Below, one piece after another: positions 44,883 to 64,000 of a DNA stretch of 64,000 nt (positions are counted from its first letter, which is position 1; each line of letters opens with the position of its first letter). Source of the stretch: Trichoplax sp. H2 (taxonomy: Eukaryota); NCBI GenBank assembly GCA_003344405.1, contig NOWV01000003.1, forward strand, positions 186,001 to 250,000, read 5' to 3'. Both the position numbers and the translations under genes were made by a program. The notes beneath the pieces are model-generated. The model saw only the letters and a list, made by a program, of their open reading frames with translations. It was not told the origin of the DNA and did not search any database.

Positions 44883-47800
44883 CTATACAGAAGTACACGT
44901 AACCGTTTTCGTTCCATGTGCCATTACAATAGGGGGCAAGTTCTCTAGAGATACGAATTGCATTTGATTATATATACAATTATAATAAACTGTAAACTTT
45001 TCATTATACTCTAAATATAGTCACAACAATTTCAATACCGGATAGTTTGTCAATTTCGGACAGAAAACAAGTATATTCATTCTCTCTGTTAGGTATTTGC
45101 GGTAGAGACGTGAATATAACACCTATGCATAAACACGAAGGAAAACATTAACTCGAAGCCAACACATAGGACTGAGAACAGACAACAGTCCTAAGTTGTA
45201 TTAAAACAAAGCATTCCTGGTACACTTACTAGCATTACTAGAATGAGTCCGAATCAGTCGATTTACTTGCGAAGGCGTCGGATTAACGCACTGTTTCAAT
45301 AAGAGAGCAAGTATTTATAACACTCCAAAGCGATATGATTATTCATTCATTGTAGTTATACAGAAATCCTTCGAAACTAAAACAGAAACTAATGCGCAAC
45401 TTACATTACCTGAATGCAATCGCTTCCGTGACTATTAGCATGTATTGAGGGACTTAGTTTCGAATTAAAAGTAACAACCTTATGCACATATTGTGAGAAA
45501 TGCAATTTACCGTAACATTTAAAAATAGCTATTTCTTTTACAGTCTAATGAAAACGGTCAAGTCCGCCTGTCATCAAATATGCAGTCCAACCTTGACTTC
45601 AGCAGGTATCCGTAGATCTTTTAATAGTTTCTGAATTCTATCATAAAGACTTTCCTCCATTACTTGATTATCTGTTTGTAAATATAGTAACATAGGCCCT
45701 CTTTATGATACTTTTAACATTACGACCAAAAAACAATCCGTCAATTATGAACAAACCCGAAACAGCTAAAACACGTAGCTTTAAATTAGACCAGTGCGGC
45801 ACCATATGTAAGATACAACCAAGCTGGAGTACCAAGTAATACGTGTTATCATATACATCTGTGGTTCATATCAATAATAATGCCTGTTACGTTCAATATC
45901 ACATTAATTAATAAGGTCTTATAACGAAAAGATCATATAGCTACCAGAACTAGCACTAAAGGGCCATATATCTATAATAAAATAAATTTTCTGCTTTAGC
46001 CATCATGGTTATATAACAGTTGCGAAAATAAATATCTATCTATTATATTAGTGAAAGGTTTGTCACATAACCTACCAATGGAGCTTGATGAAATTTTTTT
46101 TAGGTTATGAAAACTGGTTATAATCATATCGGCATCACATACGCAGAAATAAAAAAGATATAGTTAATACTAATACACTGTAAACAGTAGCACTTCTGGA
46201 ATTAAACACTACCACATACTTTCTTACAATCAATACATTCTTCTGCATCATAATGGCATCTTTAATAATGCCAACATAATCATGGCTAGATAGTTGTTGA
46301 CTATCCTACATAATCAAATGGTTATAAAACTTTAAAATTTTAGTATCTTTATCCATTCAATATATATAGATTATTAATCATAATTTTCTATAGTTACATT
46401 GCATCTTAGCGAAGGAAAATTCGAAGTCAACTGTTTGAATTCATCCTCTAAGAAACGTGATAACAAAAGAATTCAAGTACAATATTCATATGCAATATAC
46501 AACCGGAGTCTATAAATGCACAATAATATCGATTTATAAATAGGCTAGCATAAAAATAGGAATACCAAATGTGTCAAAATTACGATTCCGGAATAAAAAG
46601 CTGAAATGGCTAGAATTTTGTGACAGTTCCTGCAGGTAGCTTTCAGTAGTATCGAACGGGACACTGTTGTCATAAAAACCTAATACAACAGTATTTGGCT
46701 TCATGCCTCCTAAACCTGAAGTCTACGGAAACAGATTAGAAGACCTCTTGACATAAAGTAAGTTAAACAACTTCAGATATACTAAATTACGCGGTAAGTT
46801 AACTCGATAGCGTACAATTAGTTGTAGCTTTACACTTACCAACATAAGGTTGCGAGCTCCATCACGGACACAATTGGCCGTGGTAATCTCCACAAAAGCT
46901 TTTAAATGGCGTTTATCAGCAAAACTTAGCCACCCAAGGAATTGAGAACGATGTTTTTCTAATGTCTATAATAAAGGCTTATGTTAAACCGATACTTAAG
47001 GATCTTATAAATGATCTTGTACGAAAAAAGTGTAGTATCATCCTACAGACTACCGATTCACAAAAACGTCCCACAATTACATTCCCTAGTATATATAGTC
47101 CACCCTATATAAAAAATTATCAGTACAGTATTAGTTAAGCTTTTAATACTATCAATAGAGTACATCAACGCTCTGCATTACCTTCTTTAGATTATTGATA
47201 AAATCGATCAAAGGATAACAAGAGCGAGGATTTGAGACTAACAGCAGAATCTAAAATATTGCCGATTAGATCATATCCATATATACAATAGTGAATAATC
47301 GTATTATACATAGTAATATCCTATAACGTCGGTATTGTCTTTCTGACAGATACTACCGAGAAATAGCAAATATCTACGATATCACACACAAGGTCATTAT
47401 GCACAAATTCGTAATAGATACATACCTGCGGTCTCCAATATTTTACATGCTCTTTACGGACATCCAGGCGCAATAAATATTTTCTGACCTAAAGGAAAGA
47501 GTCCGAACTAGGTGTTTATGAACACTGCTAATAATATACTGTTTTCTAATTACGATTCAGAGTCATACGGGTATATCCGTAATTCTTTATTACCTGATGA
47601 TAAATTACGGCTTGTGAAAGATCACCCCATGGCGTAACGGGACCACGAACGGAGATAATTACAAAAAGGACGATCATGACGGCTATAAAGTAACAAACCA
47701 TTCGTAAGTGCTACTCTTTCAATGATTGTAACATAAATATCCAATAATGTACTATTGATCAATTGATAGTCGCACGCCGTTATTTCAATTTACCAATCGA

Positions 47801-50800
47801 TATTGTGGCATACAGGGCGTTAATAAAAAACATCAGCACCAGGCATCCAATTAATCCAAATAGAGCTAGAGAACACAGTGATCCCCCCCGTAAGTCAAAA
47901 ATAAATGTATTCCATTAGCAAGAATAACATCTTCGTTATAGATTGCAAGTAGAATATCAATTAGGTGTTTATTAATGTTACATTCACTCAACCTTGGTGC
48001 CAGGAATAAAATCTAAAAGTAGGCCTATTGACAATAAAATTTTATAGTAAGTTCCTCTGACAATTATTAAAAAATCATCTTCAAGCTTCTTATATACCTG
48101 AAGTTAGGTGCAGATGCAACTCTTAGTAAAAAGCATGCAAAATTTGTGGCTCCATAAGATAGCAAATAGAACATGGTAACAATTGGAGCAATAGCATTCA
48201 ACTCTTTCGCAATTATTATTATCTGCGGGATTAAATCTTTCATCAATTGATATTAATTCGATTAAAATGTATTAACAATGCTAAAATGACATAAACCTGA
48301 ACAAAGAACCATGATAATAAGAGACAACGAAGAGGCTCTCCTTTCTTTGTCAATTTTGCAAACGGCCTCGTGAAAATACCTTTATACCATTTCATGACAA
48401 TATAACATTAAAGATCTACACAATAGAATGGTAGAATATATATCTAGCCGGATAAGCTTCGAATAGCTCATGTATCAGCTAACACACTAGTATAATATAC
48501 CTAAAATATCATCCCGAGCAACCGCTTCGAGTATTCTTGAAGCGCCTAAGATATATAAAGACTTTAATCATAAATAATCTCTACTACTACTGCAGGCCTA
48601 GCTGTCAATTATATCTTGCAACATCAGCCAATAAGTGAATCACTCAAAAATATCTAACCTATCTGAGATCAGCAATTTAACAGTAAAACAAATCGTAAGT
48701 TGCAGATTATCCGTTAATCTTACCAATTAGTGTACTAAGCGCTGCAGATAAGGTTGCGGCAAAAACTCCAATGGTTATTAGAGGTGGACATAGATTAATA
48801 GCCTAAGTAGTTACTGCAACATTTAGTATCCGCACAGAATTAATTACAATATTGTATATCGAAAAATTTATAGCTAACCTGAATATAGTTATAATTATTC
48901 AGTAATAATCCTCTTGAACAAGTAAAACTTGTAAAAGTGACTAAAACAAATCGAGAAAGACTTTTTTGCTTAACATATAGACTTTGAGCTAGGGAAAGAT
49001 ATGCTAGTTAGATTAAAAATAACCTAGTAAAATGTAAACTATAAATGTTACTCCACACGCTAATAATGTTCCTAAAGGAATGGCTTTACTCGGGTTCTTT
49101 AAATCTCCTGAGATATTTGCGCCCGCTAACAATTAAGAAGTAAAATTTCCTCATTTGATAACTTTATACCGATATTTAAACTAACATTCAGTAAAAGAAA
49201 ACAACATACCCATTATACCCGTACATCCATTAAACAATACTGCAAAAACACTTTGGAAATCTTGTTTAATTCCTGTGGTAATATCCTCTGTATAATTTGT
49301 CTATAGAATTATTCCAAAAAATCAAATTTTTAAATGAGTAGGTGTAAATTACTTCAGCAGGTTTATATTACGATAGATTGAGATAATTACACATACATAT
49401 AAATTTTTACGAAACGTTTCAATATCCCAGCCGGTATAAGCAAAATTTAAAACGGTTTCATTTTCATTCTATTATAAACAGTACAAAGTGAGCCTGAATT
49501 AAATAGCCTGATTCCAAATAGATACTTACTATGGCAGAAATTCACTATCAAGAAAGCTCCCTAAATCACCGGTTACTTACTAAAATTGATTGATTATTTA
49601 CAGCAAAGGCTTTTTGAGCAATAAAGCTAACCTAAATATGCCACAGGGAAAGAAAATAGCTACTTCCGCTCCTTTTGATATGTAACTAAAGCAGTGATAC
49701 CGTAATATTATCAGTACATTTATAATTCTTCTTACCACAGACGAACTGATTGCTACCATAACGGCTAAAAAAATGATAAGCGATGTTTTCGCAAAAATTC
49801 CTAGATATTGAAATCATAAAATCCAAAATCTTTACGATAGTGCAATCCGTCAGCAGTTTACGAACTGATTATACGAACGAACTTTTAATGAAAAATCCGT
49901 ACCAGCACCGAAAACGCAAACTATTAAACAAAAAAGCAGAACCAGTGAGCCATAAAGGTATTGCCACCAAGTACTCCCGGGAATCGCTGTAAATTTAATA
50001 CACTATAGGTTATAAATCACGTATCTCAGTACTTAAAATTATAATCATATGTAATAAAATTCTTTACTACCATTAGCTAACTCTCCATCTGGGCCGAAGT
50101 TATTTATTACAGCTTCCGTGAAACCTTGATGATATGAAATGAAAGTAAAAACTTAACACATCCTCAAAAACAATTGGAGATAATTTTAACAAATCTAATA
50201 AGCCTTACTGTGAATACTGACATAATAGTTAACAATACCTACCAATTACGTAAAGAGCAGAAGCGAAGACATTTGCAAAGTAAAAAATAATTCCTATTGA
50301 TCCTCCCAATTCGGGACCAAGCGCACGACTTATCATAACTGCAAACATTTTCTTAGGGAAATTATCTCAACTTTGTTCTTATCGTTATATATCTACTATG
50401 TAAGAATCAATGTAATACCTATTTCTCAAATATTCTTCAATAAGGCAGGACTACATTACTATACTGCATCTGTTTAGCAAATAGGTTATACTTTAATTTT
50501 CATAAACTCATAAATGGATGGGCTGTATAGATTTTTTAATAGTATTCCTTTACAATAAGAGGTAGATTCTGTTGAAATATGCACCATACGCAATCGCATT
50601 AAGTAATAGTCGATCAATATATCAAGATACAGTATGCTCCACCGCCTTTGACTGCCCCATTCGTTGATATAGCAGAAATTGAAAGAACAGTCATACATAC
50701 TAGACCGTATGCCAGAACCAGCATTCCTATAACTGTTAAAAATCCTGCCTAAAAATGATTAGATAATTTAAACAGTAGTCCATGGTAATATCGCTAGTAA

Positions 50801-52403
50801 AAACGTTTAATGATTTGGTAAAGAAGATTTTTAGTGTCCAAGACAGAGATAGATGTGGCACTGAAGTAAAATATAACGCCATAATTTCATCAATACAAAC
50901 CTTAGGCCTTCACAACATCGAATCTACAGTACAGTATTTTTCGATACACACAAATCTACTTTACAATCTCAGCTTACGATATATTCATAGAAAACGAGTA
51001 CTAACTTGTCCAACAACAAATCCGAGACGTAAGAACAGAATAACGCTAAATATTGATAAAATACATGGAACAACAACACCAAGAAACGTTGATAATTTTC
51101 CTTCACGATAATTTCCATCTACATTTAATCATAAAAATTCCACAGATTGAGTACAAGCAAATAATTTTAATTGTACAGCTCGGGTTTTTAAATCGCTTTA
51201 TTAGCCTAACATTCTTGCAAGAACAGTTACTGTATTATGTTAATCTTCAAACTTTCGCGCTGTACTGTATAGAGTAGTGAAGAGGCTGAAAACAGTGAGC
51301 TACTGATGACTTTGTGTGCTGTACACCAGAAGTATAGTATTTAAACTCAATAATAAAGTTATGCAACTGGGATGTTACGATATTTACGTATAAATTCTTT
51401 CGTTGTTACTCAATTTTTCTATATCTACGCATAAATTTTATTTAATTTCATTAATTTAATAATTGTGATCAACAAATATTAGTTATGTTAATGTACTGTA
51501 ACTTAGCAACTTTATTGGTGAAGACAGTGCAGGTTCAGGTCAAAGGAAAATTTGTAAAACACATTGTAAATTCATGCAGCGGTAATTTAACTAACTGGGT
51601 ATTAAAGTATCAATACAAGCTCAGGCCAATTAGTACTCGCACTAATAACACGGGAATCAGCAATTGATTACATTATACAGTAAACCAGCCGAAACAATTT
51701 AACACTAATTTTTATTGCCACAAATGTGCTCTCGCGCAGCCGGTCATCACTGTTACTCAGCGGGAATACAGGTACACTCATGTGTACGTTTTCACTATCG
51801 GTAATGATTTCTGGCAATGTATTGTTGTATAACTATATTGCTGAAATGCTGAAGTTTGCAGAATAACACCATGATTCACGACTGTATATGTTGCGTTAAA
51901 AGTGATAGCAAGTATACGATTATAAATTGCTGTTAATAATTAATTAATTAATAAACGCGTATACAGTGTAATTTACTTCACAGAGTCAATAACCATAACC
52001 CTTTTCGATAGAATTATTTCAAGGTATTGAATGTACAGTATGTGGTAGCTCATCATAATGCAGTAACCAATCAGATTTTAAAATATGAAATCTGACATCT
52101 TACAATAACGCACCAATTATATTAAACTGCAGGAATATCATCAATAATTACGTAAGATTCTCCTATTTCTTCCGATAAAGTCAATCATATCCTTATTTTA
52201 CTTGTCTTTGAGAAGACTAAAATGAATGCCTTACACTGTATTACTCAAAGTATCAGTAAGTTTTACGACATTCTTTAAAGCAATTCCAAAATTTTACAGT
52301 GTCAAATGATCAGGTATTAAAAACACTATGTGTAATTCTTACCATTGACATTTGAGTGGCAAGGGGAAAGAAGAGGTTGAACTTCAGTAGGCATTCCAGA
52401 CAT
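44883..52403 (-). CDS. SLC12A9: Cation-chloride cotransporter family member SLC12A9 (CIP1)
   Basis: [109 protein letters not shown]-terminal [19 protein letters not shown]-terminal exons approximate. Confidence 0.92.
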
Positions 52404-52434
52404 TTTCTAATATTAAAAATCACTTTCTATTAAC

Positions 52435-52870
52435 TGTATTAACTAACTGTACAGTTATACTGTACCAGGCTGTTTTTGAATGAAAGCACCGAGCCGCACA
52501 GTGTACTGTACTGTACAGTACAGTACTGTAGGTAAACGAGTAAAACGGTGAACTTGTAGAATCTTGTAGCGTGCAGTACTGTACGCTGTACAAAAGTGTA
52601 CAGTACAGTGTACTGTACAGTACATGCGTTTATCACGAGATTTACAGCACTGTACAGTACTGTACGAGTTGAGTTTCCTTATTATTTATTTTTTTTCACT
52701 GTACTGTACCGATAATGTACAGTACGGTAACAATACAGTACTGCTATTAACAGTCATTGGCAGTCTGGTCAACCCGATAAAACCTATCAAGTTGTTAATT
52801 TTCTAACCCGAAATGAGTGCAATCGCTATACAAACACTGTATCAGCGTAGAATTACTGTACTGTACTTAA
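52435..52870. repeat. TACAGTA/TACTGTA arrays in the SLC12A9/PPTC7 divergent promoter region
   Basis: Blocks at 52500-52530, 52575-52665 and 52698-52743. Confidence 0.88.
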
Positions 52871-53034
52871 CCCGTATCCCTCCCGAAACTCGATAAAACC
52901 TGATCAAGTTGTTGATTTTCTAACCCGAAATGAGTCCAATCGCTATACGAACACTGTATTAGCGCAGAATTACTTAAACCGAATCCCTCCCTCGGGTTCA
53001 GGTCGGGTTTCGGGTAGCCTTTTTAAGGACACTG
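52761..53034. mobile_element. Degenerate hAT-like relic containing a ~100-bp tandem duplication
   Basis: AACCCG repeats on the left and CGGGTT/CGGGT on the right, with CAGT...ACTG ends. Tandem copies at 52775-52883 and 52891-52990. No TSD. Confidence 0.4.
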
Positions 53035-53200
53035 GATCACAATCCCTCCCTATTTTGCAAGAGTTGCTGGTGGCCGCCGCGCTTTCTACTACTGTAGTTA
53101 ACAAATTATCAGGTGCAGCATACTGTACTGTATTTTACCGTATTAGCGAAGTTCAGTGCTACAACGCGTTAAGCAAGGTATCAGATATTATAAATAGGCC

Positions 53201-54976
53201 ATGAATATTGTATTACGACCTTTCATAATACCACGTCAACTAGCCTCGGCAAGATACCTGATGATTCATACAGCACTTCGTTCATATAATGCGCAGAAGC
53301 AATTATTTCTTGCAACAAACTATTCCGGATTTTCGAAATCACCAAAAGAGAATCGATTTGTAATTAAACAAGAGACATTTGGAGATGACGCTTATTTCAT
53401 AGTTAATAGCATTTCCTCAAGGTTCGATGTTTTTGGTAGGTACTGTATCTTTTGCAACAACTATATCAACGTCACTAAAACAAAATAACTGTACAGTATT
53501 ACAGTAATATTGCCTCTGTACTGTATGAGTGTACTGTATGTATGGATGTGTAGTATGTATAGTACAGCACTTGCTGCAGCCTGCTGTATTGTAACAAATT
53601 CGATTTCTGCATGGTTACACTCATTATACAAATATATTTGTTTATAAAAATATTAAAATAATACATTGAACAATATATATTTTAAGTTATCACATTTATA
53701 ATATAGTTTACAGACTATCTCTCATCATGTCAATAATTATCTAACAGGTGTAGCTGACGGTGTGGGAGGTTGGAAGGAGTATGGAGTGGATCCCTCATTA
53801 TTCTCTCATCTTTTGATGAAGAATTGCAAAAGCTATGCTAAGAATTATTGCGTTGACTCCGCCTTTCCTTTAAAAATTTTAAAAACAGGCTACGATACTA
53901 TGCTATCGGAACATCCAAACCTACTCGGTATTTTTAGAGCTACAGTGCTTGTTTTTACTTTATTCTAAAGCATATTCTGTGTACTATAATAATTACGAGT
54001 GTGAATATTCGTGAAATTATGTCATGGCCAATAATTATAATATAATGCAACATTGACTCGAACTACATCTTAGAATCGGCTTACTTGCGTTATGACTGTA
54101 TCAATAATATATAATTCGCAACTTAACGTCATTGATACTCAGAAATTTCTTTTTAATCTTAATTTTAAGGAAGTAGTACTGCTTGCGTTATGGTTATCGA
54201 TAAGATTACTGGAATGTTATATTCCGTTAATCTCGGTGACTCTGGATTTGTAATCATTCGAGATCATTTTATCATTTATCAATCAAAGGAGCAACAACAT
54301 TACTTTAATGCTCCATATCAGCTAACATGCAAAACTCCAGATCAGTCGTTTCTTGGAAACATGTAAGTAAAGCAGTTGCAATAGTTCCTGTTGATAGATC
54401 AGTTTACATATACAATGACTTTACTATCAATAATATCAATATAATCGTTTACATTTCTGAACATTATTCTTATACGTTAGGCCATCAGAAGCTGATGAAT
54501 ATAGCTTTTTACTCAAAAGTGACGATATTATTATAATGGCAACTGACGGTCTTTTTGATAACATGACTGGAAAACAAATATTAGATATTGTTAGTAACCA
54601 GCAGGTAAATATATACTTGTCTTTCTTACTGCTATGTGCGTATTGCTAGAGTAATATATGATTTTCGCAAAAGCGATCTTCGATTGATTAATTGTGTTCG
54701 ATTCTCGCTGTTCTATATTTAGCCATCTTATTTGTAGAATATGAGCATTATTCCAGAATTTACATTTAGCATCTTCTTAAATTTCTTTCTGATTAGAAAC
54801 ATAATTCTCAGAGAATTGCAAATTGTCTAGTCGAAGAAGCCCGTAAGCTAGCATTCGATGAATGCTATATATCTCCTTTTGTTAGGAAAGCTAGAATGCA
54901 TGGAATTTATGCTACAGGTGGAAAACCTGATGATATCACGGTAATAGTGGCTTGTGCCAGATCACCGGTACAGTAG
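53201..54976 (+). CDS. PPTC7: Mitochondrial PP2C-type phosphatase PTC7 homolog
   Basis: FGDDAYFI; GVADGVGGWKEYGVDP; GSSTACV; NLGDSGFV; QQHYFNAPYQL; ATDGLFDN; GGKPDDITV. Basic N-terminal presequence-like leader. Confidence 0.95.
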
Positions 54977-56584
54977 AAGTGAAGCTCTCACCCATATGAT
55001 ACCGAAATATTTCGATATTCTTCTTCTTTAATTTAATTTTAAAGTAATTTGGTTATCCCGTAGAAATTCCATTATTCTACATCTAAGCTGTTTTATTTGA
55101 CTGTAAGTATATCATAATACGAAATCACTTTATAATCCTCAATTACAATACAATTGATGCTTGAATATACGCATAGTTATACCAAATTGGCTCCAACTGA
55201 TATTCGATTCATAAATACCGTACAATTTCTCTCTTATCAGATATTACTGGTTCTAAAATTTTATATTTTGTTTCATAACATTCGCCAAGAACTCAAATCA
55301 TTAATATTTACAGTTATAGTCAAGTGAATCTTCGTATTTAATAAGGACATACAAATTAATACAATACACTGTACCGCCTGTATGTATATCTCACACCGAA
55401 GGCATATACCATTAACTTCGTTGCTACAGCGGATATTATAAATACTTCACTATCAAGACTTAAGAAAAGGCATTAAAATAACGTGCATTTACTACTGTAC
55501 TGCTTATCATGTCAGTATTTCATAATATAGTTTGTAAATAAAATAAATAAATAAATATGAAAAATATATAATCACGCTGTTCAGTATATGATAGTAAATT
55601 TTATACAGTACACTACGTTTGGTTACTCCCGTACGGCACTGGTTTACGCGTATACTGTACTTCATGGACTTTGTGTTAAAAAGTATCAGGTATTTCTAAT
55701 GGTCGAATTAAAGCTAATCCGGATGATTGAGATTCTACCTGGAAATCGCAGTGTGGAAATTAGATTGCACCGCAAGCAGTACTTTTTAATTCGCAGAGTT
55801 ACGTACTGATGAACGTGTGAATTGAAAAAGTGCACCACCCATCAACTCCTAGCAACGTATTAATATACCGTTAATTTGCATGATTAAACGTTCAAAATTC
55901 TCAAAATTTATCAGTTTAGTATGGATCACAACAGGCAGCTGTATTTTGTAGAAGGCTAGACTAGACAGTTACGAAACTGTTAATGATATATCAACAAGGC
56001 AAAAATGAAATCCATCAAATTATTGCAAAAATATTGAATAAATGAATCTGCACTTATAAAGTAATCACGCTCAAAATTTCACGATGGACTATCTACTGCA
56101 GAGTTCATTCTATTCAAAGCTGCATTGAAGGTTTGTTGTTCATCACATATGTACTTACATTCATAACAGCAGCTTCGTTCGGTATGTTTATTAATTAACT
56201 TTTGTTATTGTTATGAGTATAGTTATGAGTCTGATACCATAGTAATGATAATGTTGTTTGGTATGTGATACTGTTAAAGGAAATACATAATAACTATGTG
56301 TAGGATCAAGCTGGCATATTTACTGATTATATTAAATATCTGTTTAACATATTTGAGTACATTGAACTCTACGTATATAACTTGTGTTATTCGAATAATA
56401 ATCGTTCTCTATATTTTTGCTCTCTGCTCTCAGTTTTCCAGTGACTCTCGTTTTTCTCTGATTTGCTCAGACTATACTGTAGAAGTGTAGATGTCTGATC
56501 GCTACCTTTCTAATCTCTATGACAATAAATTCCTCTTAATATTATATTTTTTTTTAAGTCCTTGAGCAATGAGCATGCGCAAAG

Positions 56585-57140
56585 TATAGTACAGTACTCC
56601 AAAAAACTTTTAAACCTTTACAGTACAGTGCAGTACTGTACTGTACACCGTAGAACTTTATGGCTTCTTTGTGGAGATACTGTACAGTACAGTGCAGTAC
56701 TGTACTGTACATTGAGCACAGTACAGTACAGTACTGGGGGTTTCTCTTTCATTTAGTGGTTCCATACTGTACAGTACAGTACAGTAGAACCTACGACTTT
56801 TACAATACTGTACGTACTGTACTGTACTATGTTACATTCCTCAAATTTGGTGAGTTTCATTTCAGTACCCCATAAAAAATCGAAAAGCCCTTGGACTGCA
56901 CTACAGAAATAACACTGTAATGTACTCAATAAACCTTGTAAACCAAGGCAGTTCTATTACTGTACAGTACAGTACAGTGCAGTACAGTACATTGCTCGCC
57001 AAACAAAATTTGTGCAGTATCGCACTACTGTACTGTAGACCTCCAGTACATACTGTACAGTATACTGCACTGTACTGTACACTAGGACTGTGAACTACTG
57101 TAATATCTGTTAATGCACAGCGTACAGTATACAGTATAAT
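56585..57140. repeat. TACAGTA/TACTGTA arrays upstream of the rabphilin-like gene
   Basis: Dense blocks at 56619-56830 and 56957-57137. Confidence 0.9.
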
Positions 57141-57232
57141 AAAGTAAAGTAAAATATAAAATTGAAATAAAATAAAATAAAATAAAATAAATTGGCATAG
57201 TGCTTCCTCGCACATTAAAAACAAAACAAAGC

Positions 57233-62441
<5,209 letters not shown>

Positions 62442-64000
62442 ATCACCAATTTAGGAACGCATTTGATTAGCTTGACATCATAAGTAACATTTGAAGGGGC
62501 TACTTGCTATCAATTCTTCTCTGAACAAATCACAGAAAAATTATATTACCAATGTCGACCTAAGCCATGTATCTATTATCCTTATTTATTTTATTTTGTT
62601 TGTAGCTAATCATTGTAATTTCCTACAATTTCCTATTTCCTTTTGTGCAATGCAAAAAATTATAAATGTATGAGAATAGTTCCGGTCATAACATTCTCTT
62701 ACTAATAATAAGCGTAAATCTGAACGACTGTTTATATAAATCTAACTTTGACCTTAAATTGCTACCTCGGTCGACCTTGTACCCAGTTGTTTAGGTGATA
62801 GTGTAAAATCTGAATAGTATTGATATTGTATATTATACTACATTATTATATCTGTAACTTATATGTATATTTATTTATCAACATGTACTACTAATACAGA
62901 AGGATTAAGACCGAAATGGGATGACTTCGTATTAACTAAAACTAAAGTATACTGCCTTCTTTACCATCGATAAACTAGCTACGACATCAGCACTATCCCT
63001 GGTAAAAATCAGTCTCATTAATTAATCAATAGTTAAGAATCTTGCTACTAGCCTGTTAGCCTTTACCTTCTATACTGAATTTATGTGAAAATAGATCAAG
63101 TTATATTGCTTCCAATATTTAAGGCACTGATTAGACACGAATAGCACCCTTTTAAGTGTAATTATTCAACGGTCAAAAAGTTATGAATCGCCGTAGTCGA
63201 TCTTGTGGTTTCTAATTAAATTATTACAGGTACATGCAGATGCATGATAAAATTTGTTTAATTTAGTACAGTATATCAGTATTCGTAGGTAAGCACCGAC
63301 AAGGAGTTCTCCCTCATGTATTTATCGTTATTGGTTCATTCCACGAAGTACTCGTAATACAGTACGAGGTTTGTTTCCTTAATAAGGTTATGGACAGATG
63401 ATAGCCATTAGGTTACATATCTACTGCAATGAGTCAAGCTAAAGTCCAAACTTTCATTTAACGGAAAAGAATATGAAAATGTTAATACTACTAAACATAT
63501 GCGATCACCCACAGTAAACCTTTTATATCTGGCTTATGCTACTAAATGTATACATAAGCGTTTAAATTAGCTATTTGTAAGCCGAATTGATAAATAAATG
63601 TTACGGCATTGCTATACATACTAATATTAGTGTGTGCTATTACCTAACGAATCATTCAAAAATTATCTACTTCGATTGCAGTCAAGAGAACCGATTAAAA
63701 ATTAATTAAAATCTTTTTTTTGATTTTGTTATATAACATACTAACAACGCTACCAAACTAAAATAATTTTATAAGTGATCTCGGAACCAGAACCTACTAA
63801 GCAAACAATGCATTCAATTTAATAATCAAATATTCACTATAGCAAGTAAAAACATCATTTCCCGATATATATTCATATACGTAAAAGTATCATTACTGCC
63901 TTAAAGATTTCAGATTATGTCAAAGCTGCACTAATACCGAGAATTTACAGTACTGTAGAACCTTAAAAAAGTAAAGTTTTATTTCAATGTTTAAAATTTA

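Noticed and set aside
55560..56500. Possible gene between PPTC7 and rabphilin
   Set aside because: Could not assemble an open spliced frame or recognise any motif on either strand.
57155..57191. (AAAAT)n run before the rabphilin ATG
   Set aside because: Ordinary single-orientation A-rich microsatellite.

Overview
AT-rich, intron-dense animal genomic DNA. The short introns, compact gene spacing and metazoan gene set suggest a placozoan such as Trichoplax; that assignment is inference. Recognisable spliced genes are LIN54 (-), VDAC (+), cGMP-dependent protein kinase (+), paladin (-), COX6A (-), RBM19 (+), SLC12A9 (-), PPTC7 (+) and a rabphilin-3A-like gene (+). Less certain: a ~470-aa membrane protein built from three tandem MS4A/CD20-like tetraspan modules, two uncharacterised genes and an ARF-like relic. 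Two 20-N gaps are flanked by duplicated haplotype-like copies. The main non-coding signal is a dense mixed-orientation array of TACAGTA/TACTGTA units upstream of nearly every gene. Comparing duplicated segments inside the window shows these arrays grow by TA->TACAGTA, TA->TACTGTA and TA->TACCGTA insertions, several of which slippage cannot make. These match Tc1/mariner excision footprints. One haplotype copy still carries a CAG-terminal transposon end at a TA where the other copy has TACAGTA. Promoters therefore look like repeatedly hit landing pads that keep a scar record of cut-and-paste transposition, alongside P-like TIR-only palindromes and a hAT-type MITE. Gene boundaries were spliced by eye, so terminal exons are approximate.
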